64,000 bases of DNA, from NCBI GenBank assembly GCA_049968255.1, contig JBMFRB010000003.1:32001-96000 (forward strand), written 5' to 3'. How positions within the stretch are numbered: position 1 is the stretch's first letter; each line of letters begins with the position of its first letter. The notes beneath the pieces are model-generated. The model ran no database searches, was not told where the DNA came from, and saw only the letters and a list, made by a program, of their open reading frames with translations. The translations under genes were made by a program, and so were the position numbers. Below, piece after piece: positions 52,030-61,103 of the stretch. Source of the DNA: Candidatus Sumerlaeaceae bacterium. Lineage in GTDB: Bacteria; Sumerlaeota; Sumerlaeia; Sumerlaeales; Sumerlaeaceae.

Positions 52030-52896
52030 GTGAGCATACAAAAACTAACCATTGGAGAAGTCGTGAAACGGGCAGCGGAGTTTCTCGCCGCGAAGGGAAG
52101 TGCGACGCCCCGCCTAGATGCGGAACTGCTGGTGGGCCATGCCCTTGGCATGACGCGGCTGCAGTTGTATCTTGATCGCGAGCGACCGCTTAGCCAGGAG
52201 GAGGTTGCGCTGGCGCGTGCGCTGGTTCGGCGTCGTGCTGCCCACGAGCCTGTGGCCTACATCATCGGCAAGAAAGAGTTTTTCGGTCGCGACTTTGTGG
52301 TCACGCCAGCGGTTCTGGTGCCACGGCCAGAGACCGAGCTGCTCGTCGAGCACGTCGCGGAGGAACTTCAGCGCCGGTACGCGCAAGAGCCGCTACGCGT
52401 CCTAGAGTTCGGCACTGGCTCAGGCGTAATCGCGATCACATTGGCCCTCCTGTGCCCGCAATTGCAGGTGATCGCAACAGAGGTTTCCGCCGAGGCGGCT
52501 GAGGTTGCGCGCACAAATGCTCAACGCCACCGTGTAGCGGAGCGTGTCGAGGTGCGTGTGCAGTCAGATTTTGCGGGACTCGACGGCCCATTTCACGCGG
52601 TTGTGAGCAATCCGCCTTATATTGCCGAGACCGAGGCGGAGACACTGCCGCCCGACGTCGTTCGACACGAACCACACCTAGCCCTTTTCGGCGGGCCTGA
52701 TGGGATGACGTGGATTCGCTGGCTGTTCTCGAATACGCAGCCCCTGCTCTATGCGCATGGTTTCCTTGCGCTGGAGATAGGTGCGGGAATGACGGAAAAG
52801 GTGGTCGCTGCTGCGCAAGAGCATGGGTGGCGCGTGGAAGCCGTGGTGCGTGATTATGCAGACCACGAGCGCGTTGTGCGGTGTGCAAGAGGCTGA
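52030..52896 (+). CDS. prmC: Release factor glutamine methyltransferase
   Basis: EPVAYI, PRPETE, GTGSG, SNPPY; start uncertain. Confidence 0.93.
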   Translation: MSIQKLTIGEVVKRAAEFLAAKGSATPRLDAELLVGHALGMTRLQLYLDRERPLSQEEVALARALVRRRAAHEPVAYIIGKKEFFGRDFVVTPAVLVPRPETELLVEHVAEELQRRYAQEPLRVLEFGTGSGVIAITLALLCPQLQVIATEVSAEAAEVARTNAQRHRVAERVEVRVQSDFAGLDGPFHAVVSNPPYIAETEAETLPPDVVRHEPHLALFGGPDGMTWIRWLFSNTQPLLYAHGFLALEIGAGMTEKVVAAAQEHGWRVEAVVRDYADHERVVRCARG

Positions 52897-53035
52897 ATGA
52901 GTGGTTGGGGTCATCTCCCAGAGCGCGGCAAGCCCACTATTGTCTTTCAGGCGAAATGTGAAATCATCTGATCGACGAAAGGTAACCAGAAGAGAACAAG
53001 TGACATGCACACACAATAGCGCAGGACACGTCGCG

Positions 53036-53500
53036 ATGCCACGACTCTTTCGCTTTGAACAACAGCAGCTCATTCCTACGTCTCTCGAACGCGCGTGGGA
53101 GTTCTTTTGCAACCCGGCGAATCTGAAGACGATCACGCCGCCCGACATGGGATTTGAAATCCTGACGCCCGTGCCACCGGTGGCGGAGCCTGGACTCATC
53201 ATCGTTTACAAAGTACGTCCGCTCCTTGGGATTCCAGTGCAATGGATCACGGAAATTACACACGTCGTGCCGCAACAAAGCTTCGTCGATGAACAGCGCT
53301 TCGGCCCGTATCGCTTTTGGCATCATCGTCACATCTTCGAGCCAAAGGACCGTGGAGTTCTGATGAGTGATATCATTCACTACGCTCTGCCAATCCCCGT
53401 TGTTGCTACCCTCGTGAATAATTTTGTTGTTCGACCTCGTTTGAATGAGATCTTCTCCTATCGCCGCCAAAAGATTGAGGAGATTTTCGGCCGCGCCTAA
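53036..53500 (+). CDS. SRPBCC family protein
   Basis: PANLKTITPP, WITEIT, FVDEQRFGPY..WHH.H. Confidence 0.88.
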   Translation: MPRLFRFEQQQLIPTSLERAWEFFCNPANLKTITPPDMGFEILTPVPPVAEPGLIIVYKVRPLLGIPVQWITEITHVVPQQSFVDEQRFGPYRFWHHRHIFEPKDRGVLMSDIIHYALPIPVVATLVNNFVVRPRLNEIFSYRRQKIEEIFGRA

Positions 53501-53672
53501 CGGGGGGCTCGACAAGTATGTCGAGCGCCGAGAGAGAGCCAATCGAGTCAGGACCGCGCCCGTGTCCCCATGCGCATCGATGGATCGCGCGAAGCCTCAC
53601 GTGCAGTGGCAGGTGTGAGCTTCGGAGAGCCAAGGTTTTCCTGCTGATGGGTCGTTTCGCGTTGCCGCAGGT

Positions 53673-55649
53673 TTAATCGAGTGGTCGCCGCGCGAAAATG
53701 AAACTCTCTCGCCACGTTTTCGAGTAAAGCGGATCTTCGGGCAGCAGACTATTCACACGGACGCACGGGGGGCAGGAGTGAATGAAGCGTTCGCCACCGA
53801 GCGAGAGTGCGGTGTGGATAACCCGCCCTGTCTTATCGATGAAGAACAGAATGTCGCCCGGTAGAAGCGCCGCGTGGTGCCAACGCGTAGCCACAAGTCG
53901 CCCGACAAGCACCATCTGGCGCGCATCGCGTGGCAAGCGCAACCCAGCTGCTTCGTAGCTGACACCCACAAGACCCGAGCAGTCGAGGCCGTTTGCGGAG
54001 CGCCCGCCAAAAACATAGGGTGTGCCATAGAGGCTGAGAGCTGTCGCCACAGCGGTTTGTCCGCAGCGGAGATTGGGCGTGAGCGTAAGCAAGTTGCGGG
54101 GGAGTGCAAGTGTTTCGAAGTGCACGCGCCCACCCACGGCACGGGGCACCTCGACCACAACCTGCGCGGTGGTGGACGCCTCAAGGTTGCGGCCAATGTT
54201 TGTTTCCCGAAGTGGCAGCCGCGTGCCTGGCGACAGCGCATAGCGGTCATTGCTCCAAGGGGCCTGCAACACAACTTGGCGCGACGTGAGCAGCTCTAGG
54301 AACTGTTGCTCACTCAGCAGAGCGATCGCGTCCGCGCGCACCCAGCCAACGTAGCCGTCGCATCCATGCACCATATAAAATGTGCCGTCAGGTGTGCGGT
54401 CGAGTAGCCAGAGAGGCTCACCTGGCAAAAGTTGCGTCTGCACATCTTCACCTTCTTTGGGCGCGCCCCAGGTCAGTGCTGCTGTCTGAAGCGTCACAGC
54501 GAAGAGGTGCTCCGAGAGCCGTTCCCGATGCGGAAGGTCTTCGATGTCCATGGTAAGGGGCGAGCAACCGACAGTTTTCAGAATGCCAGCCGCGGTTTCA
54601 GCAAGCTCGCGTGCGTTGGTGCGCACTGAGAGGTGCCATTCACCGCCGTTGCGCTCCACTCGGACATCGAGATAAAAAAATGTTGAATCCGTAAGTTGAC
54701 GCTTATAACTTGCTAACAAGTATTCAGCCTCCGACGCATCGCTTGGGGGGTGTCCGAACGGCCACAGACGCCGCGCCAGTGCGGCAGCTTCCGTGGTGAC
54801 GCCGTCGGGTGGAATGGACTTCCCCTCCGGGATTTCGATAGGTGGCGCACCCAGCACACGTTGGCGCCGCGTGCGAAGAGCATCGCCTAGTCGCGAGGAA
54901 GGCCATGTGAGGTAAAAAGTCTCGTAAACAGCTTGAGCGAACCGTTGGGTGTAGGCTGGGACTGGGCGCCAATCTTTGCCTTTTGGCGGTGGAGGGGCAT
55001 GAATTTCTAGTGCCAGGGCTGCCGTCCTTTCAGCCATGTCTACGCGTCCAGCTTCGATGGCATAATCGCCAAGCCCAAGGCGCTTGAACGAATCCGCAAG
55101 CACTCGCGCCAGATCGGCTGCTACGGGGTCGCTCGTGGAAGAATCGGCTGCGGGGACAACGATCCTCGGTTTGGGCGGCGAATCGTCAGCTCCATGCCAG
55201 ATGCACAGCACACAGTGTGGTTTGGCGTGTTCGACTGGGAGCAGGCGGGCAATGCTGTCCTCAAGACTTGCGGTGGCCGGGCGATCATCTTGACGAGTGA
55301 GAACATAATGTCCACCGCCATCGGTCACGTGATGGCGCAAGAGCGCTGCAATGGCGAAATTGGTGGCATAGGCCAAGCGGAGCGCTTCCCGTCGGGTTTT
55401 CTGTTTTTCGGCAAGGGCATGCCCCTCGCTACCGGCTGGATCAACGGCGAGCACCAACCCCCGCAGCGCCGTGCCCGACGTCTCGAAAGTAGGCGTAAAC
55501 TCGGGTTTGTGCGTTTGGCGCACTGCGATTGAGTCTCCGCCACGCAGCTGGGCAAGAGACGCACAACATGTTAATAAAAATGCTATGCAGCTTAAGAACC
55601 TTCTTCCCGAGGAAGACGTACTCTGAGAAGTTTTGCAACTTGTTCGCAT
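53673..55649 (-). CDS. Exported NlpC/P60 peptidase with SH3 and degenerate amidase_3-like N-terminal domain
   Basis: PYVFGG..GLDCSG..HTA..FIHS; TQLLPGE..DGYVGWV; start uncertain, overlaps GH57 end. Confidence 0.85.
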   Translation of the reverse strand: MRTSCKTSQSTSSSGRRFLSCIAFLLTCCASLAQLRGGDSIAVRQTHKPEFTPTFETSGTALRGLVLAVDPAGSEGHALAEKQKTRREALRLAYATNFAIAALLRHHVTDGGGHYVLTRQDDRPATASLEDSIARLLPVEHAKPHCVLCIWHGADDSPPKPRIVVPAADSSTSDPVAADLARVLADSFKRLGLGDYAIEAGRVDMAERTAALALEIHAPPPPKGKDWRPVPAYTQRFAQAVYETFYLTWPSSRLGDALRTRRQRVLGAPPIEIPEGKSIPPDGVTTEAAALARRLWPFGHPPSDASEAEYLLASYKRQLTDSTFFYLDVRVERNGGEWHLSVRTNARELAETAAGILKTVGCSPLTMDIEDLPHRERLSEHLFAVTLQTAALTWGAPKEGEDVQTQLLPGEPLWLLDRTPDGTFYMVHGCDGYVGWVRADAIALLSEQQFLELLTSRQVVLQAPWSNDRYALSPGTRLPLRETNIGRNLEASTTAQVVVEVPRAVGGRVHFETLALPRNLLTLTPNLRCGQTAVATALSLYGTPYVFGGRSANGLDCSGLVGVSYEAAGLRLPRDARQMVLVGRLVATRWHHAALLPGDILFFIDKTGRVIHTALSLGGERFIHSCPPCVRVNSLLPEDPLYSKTWRESFIFARRPLD

Positions 55650-58042
55650 AGCATAACCCATTCTTGTGCCTCCCAAAGATCTTTGTCGCTCTCGGCTCTG
55701 GCTTTTATAATCCGATAGTTTGCGCGCACGATGTGATAAAAGCTCGTCTGCGCTTTCCAAATATTGGTGCGCAAGGGCAACGCGAATACTATTTCGGCCA
55801 CGGCAAGAATGCGCTCGAGGTTAGCCACATCGTTGGGGCTCGCTTCAAGCCGCGCAGCAGCTCGCTCGAGGGCGCAGCGCACCGCATGGTCAATTCGTTC
55901 GAGGTCGAGTTCGAGCTGCCAGTGCCGCGCCTCCTGAAAGCTGGCGCGCAGGTCGTCCGGCGATGTATCTTCATGTTCCAGAGCGTCCACAAGCTTGTGG
56001 GTGAGCACGAACTGCGTCATTGTTTTGAGGACGTTAGGCAGAGGAACATTGAGTGCAGCAAGGAAGCGCATGAGCGACGCATTCTCGTTGTAAAGCGCAC
56101 ACATTGTGGCAATGGCTTGGGAGATTGGTGCGCTCAACAGGTGGTAGACTACGCGACGTTGATCGTCGCGGAAAAGCGAACGGAGCGTGAAAGGTTCTTT
56201 GTCGAACAGGTCCGCAAAACTGCCAAGGCCTTTTTCGAGCTGAGCGTTGCACGCGCCCACTTGCAATTTCGTCATAAACTGGTCAAACCGACGGTTCTCC
56301 GGCGTGGCGACGTAAGACTGGATTTGATCTTCGCTAAGTTTTTCCGCACCAAAAATGAATTCCGCTTCTTCTGTGGTGGCGAGAGACCGGACACTCATCT
56401 GGCCGACAAGAAATTCGCGCTCGCCCAGTGATTGCTTGCAACGGTGCGTGGTGCGGATTTCGTAAGAATAAAAGCGGCCCATCGGCTTCGTGTCCTCAAG
56501 CAACATGAGCAAAGCGTAATTGCCAGCCACGCGTTCGAGGTCGACGATTGAGGGCCGAACAAACATCTCATAGATATGCGCGCCGTTGACAAACTGGGCA
56601 AGATTGCTCTTGGCTTCTTCGATCATCTTGAGATAGGTGGGTTCCAGATCCTGACCGCTTACTTGATTGTAAAGTTGCATAGCGCGCGCGGCGAAGAGCA
56701 TCACCTGTTGTGTCTCGATACCGGAGATGTCGTCGAAAAACCACCCGCAGCTTGTGAACATAAGTAGGCAGTGGCGCTGCATTTCGAGCAGTTGGAAGAG
56801 GCGTGTGCGCTGGTCGGCATTGAGGGGGTGGCGCTGATGTCGCGCGAGGAATTTTCGGATGGTGTCCTCGTTGCGGTCGAGAACGATACTCATGTATTCA
56901 TCCCGCGCCAGCCAGGGATCCGCAACGTAAGCAGCAGCTTCGCGTTCAAAAAGACGAGCAGCTTCGTCGCGCAACCAGTTCATGGCGGCACGCAACGGCG
57001 CACGCCACTTTTGGTTCCATCCCGGATGACCCCCCGAGTTGCAACCGCAATCGTAGCTCCACCGTCCCACGCCATGGGCACAACTCCATGAGGAAGCCTC
57101 GAAAATTTCCACTTCATAGCGTGGGGGGAACCGCTCCAGGAATTCTGCATAATTTGTTAGGCGCACGCGCGACTGTTCCTGCAAGTCGGCGATGGCGCGG
57201 CTCAATGCCATCTCCCCGAAACGGTGATGGTGGCCATAGCTCTCGCCGTCGGTGGCGATGTGCACAAGTTGGGCTCCCTCACGATCGGCCGAGAATCCAC
57301 TCATGAGGCGCATGGCAAAGGCATGACCGTCGTTCAGGAGTCCCTCGAAGGCCACCGCGTGGCTAATGGGACCATCGTAAAAAAACAGCGAAATGGAGTC
57401 GCCGCCGGGCAAGCGGCAAAGATAAGGGCGCGAGGGATCAATGCGGCCACCCCGCACGTCGCTCCATATCGCGCGCCCGATGGGACGGATGCGCGATGCT
57501 TGAAAGGGCGAGAGAATTGTGAAGCGAATGTCGTGCGAGGCAAGGATCGCAAGGGTCTCAAGGTCCACCGCAGTTTCGGCGAGCCACATGCCCTCTGGCT
57601 TGCGGCGAAAGCGCGCCTCGAAGTCCGCAATGGCCCAGCGCACCTGCGTGATTTTGTCGCGCCGGTTGGCTAGCGGCATAATGATGTGATTGTAGACCTG
57701 TGCCAGCGCCGACCCGTGGCCCGAGAAATGCTTTTTGCTGCGTTCGTCGGCTTCCAAAATCGCTTTATAAGTTTTGGGTGCGTGCACTTCGAGCCACGAC
57801 AAAAGGGTGGGGCCAAAATTGAAGCTGATCCACTCGTAGTTGTTGAGCAGGCGCGCGAGGTAGTTTTCCTGGTCGAGGATGCGCGCTGCGGCGTTCGGCG
57901 CGTAGCATTCCTCGGTGATGCGCTGATTCCAGTCATGGTAGGGCTGAGCGCTGTCCTGCTGCTCAACGGTTTCGAGCCACGGATTCTCACGTGGAGGCTG
58001 ATAGAAATGCCCGTGGATGCAAATGTAGCGCGAGTAAGTCAC
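55592..58042 (-). CDS. GH57-family glycoside hydrolase with DUF3536
   Basis: HGHFYQPPRENPW, GMWLAETAVD, ATDGESYGHH, MFTSCGWFFD. Confidence 0.92.
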   Translation of the reverse strand: MTYSRYICIHGHFYQPPRENPWLETVEQQDSAQPYHDWNQRITEECYAPNAAARILDQENYLARLLNNYEWISFNFGPTLLSWLEVHAPKTYKAILEADERSKKHFSGHGSALAQVYNHIIMPLANRRDKITQVRWAIADFEARFRRKPEGMWLAETAVDLETLAILASHDIRFTILSPFQASRIRPIGRAIWSDVRGGRIDPSRPYLCRLPGGDSISLFFYDGPISHAVAFEGLLNDGHAFAMRLMSGFSADREGAQLVHIATDGESYGHHHRFGEMALSRAIADLQEQSRVRLTNYAEFLERFPPRYEVEIFEASSWSCAHGVGRWSYDCGCNSGGHPGWNQKWRAPLRAAMNWLRDEAARLFEREAAAYVADPWLARDEYMSIVLDRNEDTIRKFLARHQRHPLNADQRTRLFQLLEMQRHCLLMFTSCGWFFDDISGIETQQVMLFAARAMQLYNQVSGQDLEPTYLKMIEEAKSNLAQFVNGAHIYEMFVRPSIVDLERVAGNYALLMLLEDTKPMGRFYSYEIRTTHRCKQSLGEREFLVGQMSVRSLATTEEAEFIFGAEKLSEDQIQSYVATPENRRFDQFMTKLQVGACNAQLEKGLGSFADLFDKEPFTLRSLFRDDQRRVVYHLLSAPISQAIATMCALYNENASLMRFLAALNVPLPNVLKTMTQFVLTHKLVDALEHEDTSPDDLRASFQEARHWQLELDLERIDHAVRCALERAAARLEASPNDVANLERILAVAEIVFALPLRTNIWKAQTSFYHIVRANYRIIKARAESDKDLWEAQEWVMLCEQVAKLLRVRLPREEGS

Positions 58043-58224
58043 TGCTAGGGCCTTTCCCGACTGATACTCATCGTACCACCACGGTGCGTTTTAGGAATGG
58101 TTGTCAAACGCTGCTCGCGGGGTACAAGATGGTTGAGAAAAACATCCTTTGCCTTTTGCTCGGCGGCAAAAGCGGATGGCACCTGCGTGTTGCTGCGGGC
58201 AGAGCGCGGACGCATGAACCTCGA

Positions 58225-58650
58225 TCAATTCTTATTCTCTGGCAAGAGCGAATCCTTCTCGCCCGGTGAGGTCCAGGTTTCAGAAATCACCTGCAGGAGA
58301 TTGCGCTCCGCTGCGCTCAGGTGCCGATCCGACGTGGCAATGAACTCAAGAATCTGGCGCACGCCTTCGAGCCGCTCGGCGTCAAGACTCTTTTTTAGAC
58401 TGGCGACGGAATAGGCCACGACATCAGCCACACTTGTCTCTTTCACTGCGCTTTTCGCGTTTTCCAAAAGCGACTGGATATCCTGCGGCGACAAGCCGAG
58501 CCCGAAGCCAATGCGTGTGAGCATCTCAGCTTCGCGATCGGTGACCTTTCCATCAGAACAAACAAGGCACAATCCCAAGCAGAAAACATGATAAACCTGG
58601 TCGGGTGTGAGATGAAGAATTTTCAGCAATTTTCGCGTCGTGTTGTCCAC
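58225..58650 (-). CDS. TerB-family protein
   Basis: SDGKVTDRE and SDRHLSAAE repeats; GGAGG RBS before GTG. Confidence 0.8.
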   Translation of the reverse strand: MDNTTRKLLKILHLTPDQVYHVFCLGLCLVCSDGKVTDREAEMLTRIGFGLGLSPQDIQSLLENAKSAVKETSVADVVAYSVASLKKSLDAERLEGVRQILEFIATSDRHLSAAERNLLQVISETWTSPGEKDSLLPENKN

Positions 58651-58966
58651 GGGAGCCCTCCTCCGGACGGGGCAAATTAGCTTGGCTGACTTCTCATTCG
58701 CTGATTAGAGAGTGTCGCAGCGCAACTGCCTTCTTCAAGCATTTATCGCAGACGCTTGTGAGGCGAGCGCACACGCAGAAAAACAACATTGCTAACGTTG
58801 CGCAGGCCTCTCAGCCATGATAGTCTTGCAGCTTTGAGGGCCTCAGGGCAGAATGTTCGGGGGGCAGAGCCCCCTGCGAATTCACAAGCTTGTTGTTACG
58901 AAAAAAAGCTGCGGGAGGTTGAGGGGAAGCTACCTTGTCCCGCAGCTATCGAGTGCACTAACTGGT

Positions 58967-59203
58967 TCACTCAAGGTCACTCAGCGCGGCTCCGAAATTA
59001 ATGTGGTAAACTTTTCCGCCCACCACAAGAGCCGGGACGCTCTTTACGCCCGCACTTTTTGCTTCGCTGAGGCGGTGCTTGTCGACACCAAGATGCACAA
59101 CTTCTAATTCGAATGCCTGGCGGTCGAGCAAGCCAAGGAAAGCTTGTTCGGCATCAATGCAGACGGGACACCCGGCATGATAGAAGACGACGCGCTCGGC
59201 CAT
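58967..59203 (-). CDS. Small thioredoxin-like protein
   Basis: FYHAGCPVC, GVKSVPALV. Confidence 0.85.
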   Translation of the reverse strand: MAERVVFYHAGCPVCIDAEQAFLGLLDRQAFELEVVHLGVDKHRLSEAKSAGVKSVPALVVGGKVYHINFGAALSDLE

Positions 59204-59280
59204 AAGCTCACCACCCTTCTTCTAGAATGCGAGGCCGTGAGTGCTCCTCAGGTTTCATTTAGCACTGGACCGAAACAGGG

Positions 59281-59311
59281 TCAAGTAGGTACTTTTTCGT
59301 AACCAGGTTGA
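59281..59311. promoter_or_regulatory. Putative HxlR-family operator
   Basis: Imperfect inverted repeat TCAAGTAGGTAC-TTTTTC-GTAACCAGGTTGA between the divergent genes. Confidence 0.5.
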
Positions 59312-59321
59312 GCAATGTGCC

Positions 59322-59690
59322 ATGGGCGGGAGTGACGCGCGAGACGAAGCATTGTGGGCGAAGACAACGCGGCGCACGTCTTTTGTTGGCTCAGCAATCG
59401 AAGAGGTGCTGGGTTGCAAATGGTCTGTTCAGCTTTTGTTGCTCGTTGCCTCGGGGATCGAACGGCCAGGCCAATTGCGGAAAGCTTGTCCGGGACTGAG
59501 CACAAAAGTTATGAACGAGCGCTTACGCAAACTCCAGGCGTTTGAACTTCTTTCCAAGACGACACGGGGCGAAAAGCCGCCCCTCCAAGTGTATTACCAA
59601 CTCACGCCCTTGGGCGTACGCCTAGCGTCGATCATGCAACAGATCAAAGAGTTAGACGAATGGTGGGCCAAGGAGCGTGCCAAACGCTGA
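59322..59690 (+). CDS. HxlR-family winged-helix regulator
   Basis: LGCKWS, PGLSTKVMNERL, PPLQVYYQLT. Confidence 0.9.
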   Translation: MGGSDARDEALWAKTTRRTSFVGSAIEEVLGCKWSVQLLLLVASGIERPGQLRKACPGLSTKVMNERLRKLQAFELLSKTTRGEKPPLQVYYQLTPLGVRLASIMQQIKELDEWWAKERAKR

Positions 59691-59831
59691 GGTCGATGAC
59701 CGGACCATATTAGCAAAAAGTCCTGTGGGCGGCAGGGAGTGAAAGATCGATGGCGCCGACAACGGTCAAAAAAGGATAAAATTGTCTTGCCTGTAAGCGA
59801 CAGGAGCAGCCATCTTCACTTTCGCTCTATT

Positions 59832-61040
59832 ATGACCCAGTCGCATGCGCTCCAACGAATCCTTGCTCTAGCAGGCAGTCTTCGACAGCGACTTTGGCTC
59901 GGTTTGTGGGTGGAAGGTAGCCACTGGCAACGGGGGACGGGGCGCGTGGAAACCTTAGTCAGTCTTGCCACTCTCGCTGCTCTGGCCGCAATTGCGGCCG
60001 CGATTTTGGTCAAGCAAGCTCACTACGATCGGGCGGTCATCAATCCGGGACTTGTCGTAGCCGAAAAATCGCAGAGTGCTGGATCCGGTGGCCTCTCAGC
60101 TGGCACCGCGTCCGCAGAAGCTGCACCTCCACCAAGTGAAGCCGAAACAGCGACAGATCTGGCGGTGCAGAAGGCTGCCGCCGCGGGCACTTTAGCCGCA
60201 AGTGACGCAAGTGCCGCACCACAGATTTTGGCGCAAATCACGTTGCCTAGCGGTGTGAAAGCGGTCGCAGCGCCAGAAGCATTCGACGCGACGACGCTCT
60301 CGGACAAAATTGACGGCAGAGCCGAGTTCTACCTCGACATCGGCTTCGAGCACCTCGAGACGCGCCGCTACGAGATCGCGAGCGAGCCGGCGTGTGCCTT
60401 CGAGGCGTTTCTCTACCGCATGAGTTCCCCGATCGCTGCTTTTGCGGCGTGGAGCGGTCAGCGGCGTCCGGACGCAAGGCCGGAAAAGGACTTGCCCCTG
60501 GCGTATTCCACAGCCAATGCTTTTTACCTTGCGCGCGGCCCATACTATGTCGAGCTGGTAAGCGCCTCGGAAACCTTCGGCGCTAGGCCGGAAGTGCGGG
60601 AATTTGCCCGCACGCTCTCCGAAAAGCTTCTCGACAATGAGCCAGAAACCGACATTGTAGCCCTTTTGCCCGAAGAGGGACGCGTGGCGGGAAGCGAACG
60701 CCTGATCCTAAAGGATGCGTTCGGGTTTGCCAGGCTCGACAAGGTCATCCTCGCTGACTACCTCGTGGAGGACACGACGGTGAGCCTTTTCATCTCCCCC
60801 CGAATCACGGAGGCGGAAGCGCGCGAGCTGGCTCGGGCGTATCACGCCTTTCTCGTGCAAGAGATGGGTGCCGACGACGTTAGCCACCAACTCGGTGGCC
60901 TGGCCGACGCATCTGCAGCCAACTCCCTGGGCGAGTACGAAGTCATTCAGCCATGCGGGAAAAACCTGGTCGGCATCCATGCGGCAAAACGGCTGGATGT
61001 GGCCATGCGGCTGCTGACTCGAACATGCCGCAAGCCCTAG
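59832..61040 (+). CDS. Membrane-anchored DUF6599-like protein
   Basis: TLSDKIDGRAEFYLDIGF, YRM, GPYYVEL; start uncertain. Confidence 0.65.
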   Translation: MTQSHALQRILALAGSLRQRLWLGLWVEGSHWQRGTGRVETLVSLATLAALAAIAAAILVKQAHYDRAVINPGLVVAEKSQSAGSGGLSAGTASAEAAPPPSEAETATDLAVQKAAAAGTLAASDASAAPQILAQITLPSGVKAVAAPEAFDATTLSDKIDGRAEFYLDIGFEHLETRRYEIASEPACAFEAFLYRMSSPIAAFAAWSGQRRPDARPEKDLPLAYSTANAFYLARGPYYVELVSASETFGARPEVREFARTLSEKLLDNEPETDIVALLPEEGRVAGSERLILKDAFGFARLDKVILADYLVEDTTVSLFISPRITEAEARELARAYHAFLVQEMGADDVSHQLGGLADASAANSLGEYEVIQPCGKNLVGIHAAKRLDVAMRLLTRTCRKP

Positions 61041-61103
61041 TGGAGAAGGGCAAAAGTGCAAGAGTGATGGTGAGCCAACAACTTTGAAGGACATGCGCAA
61101 ATC

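Noticed and set aside
59239-59268. GAGTGCT...TTAGCACT as a CIRCE element
   Set aside because: Half-sites in reversed order with wrong spacing
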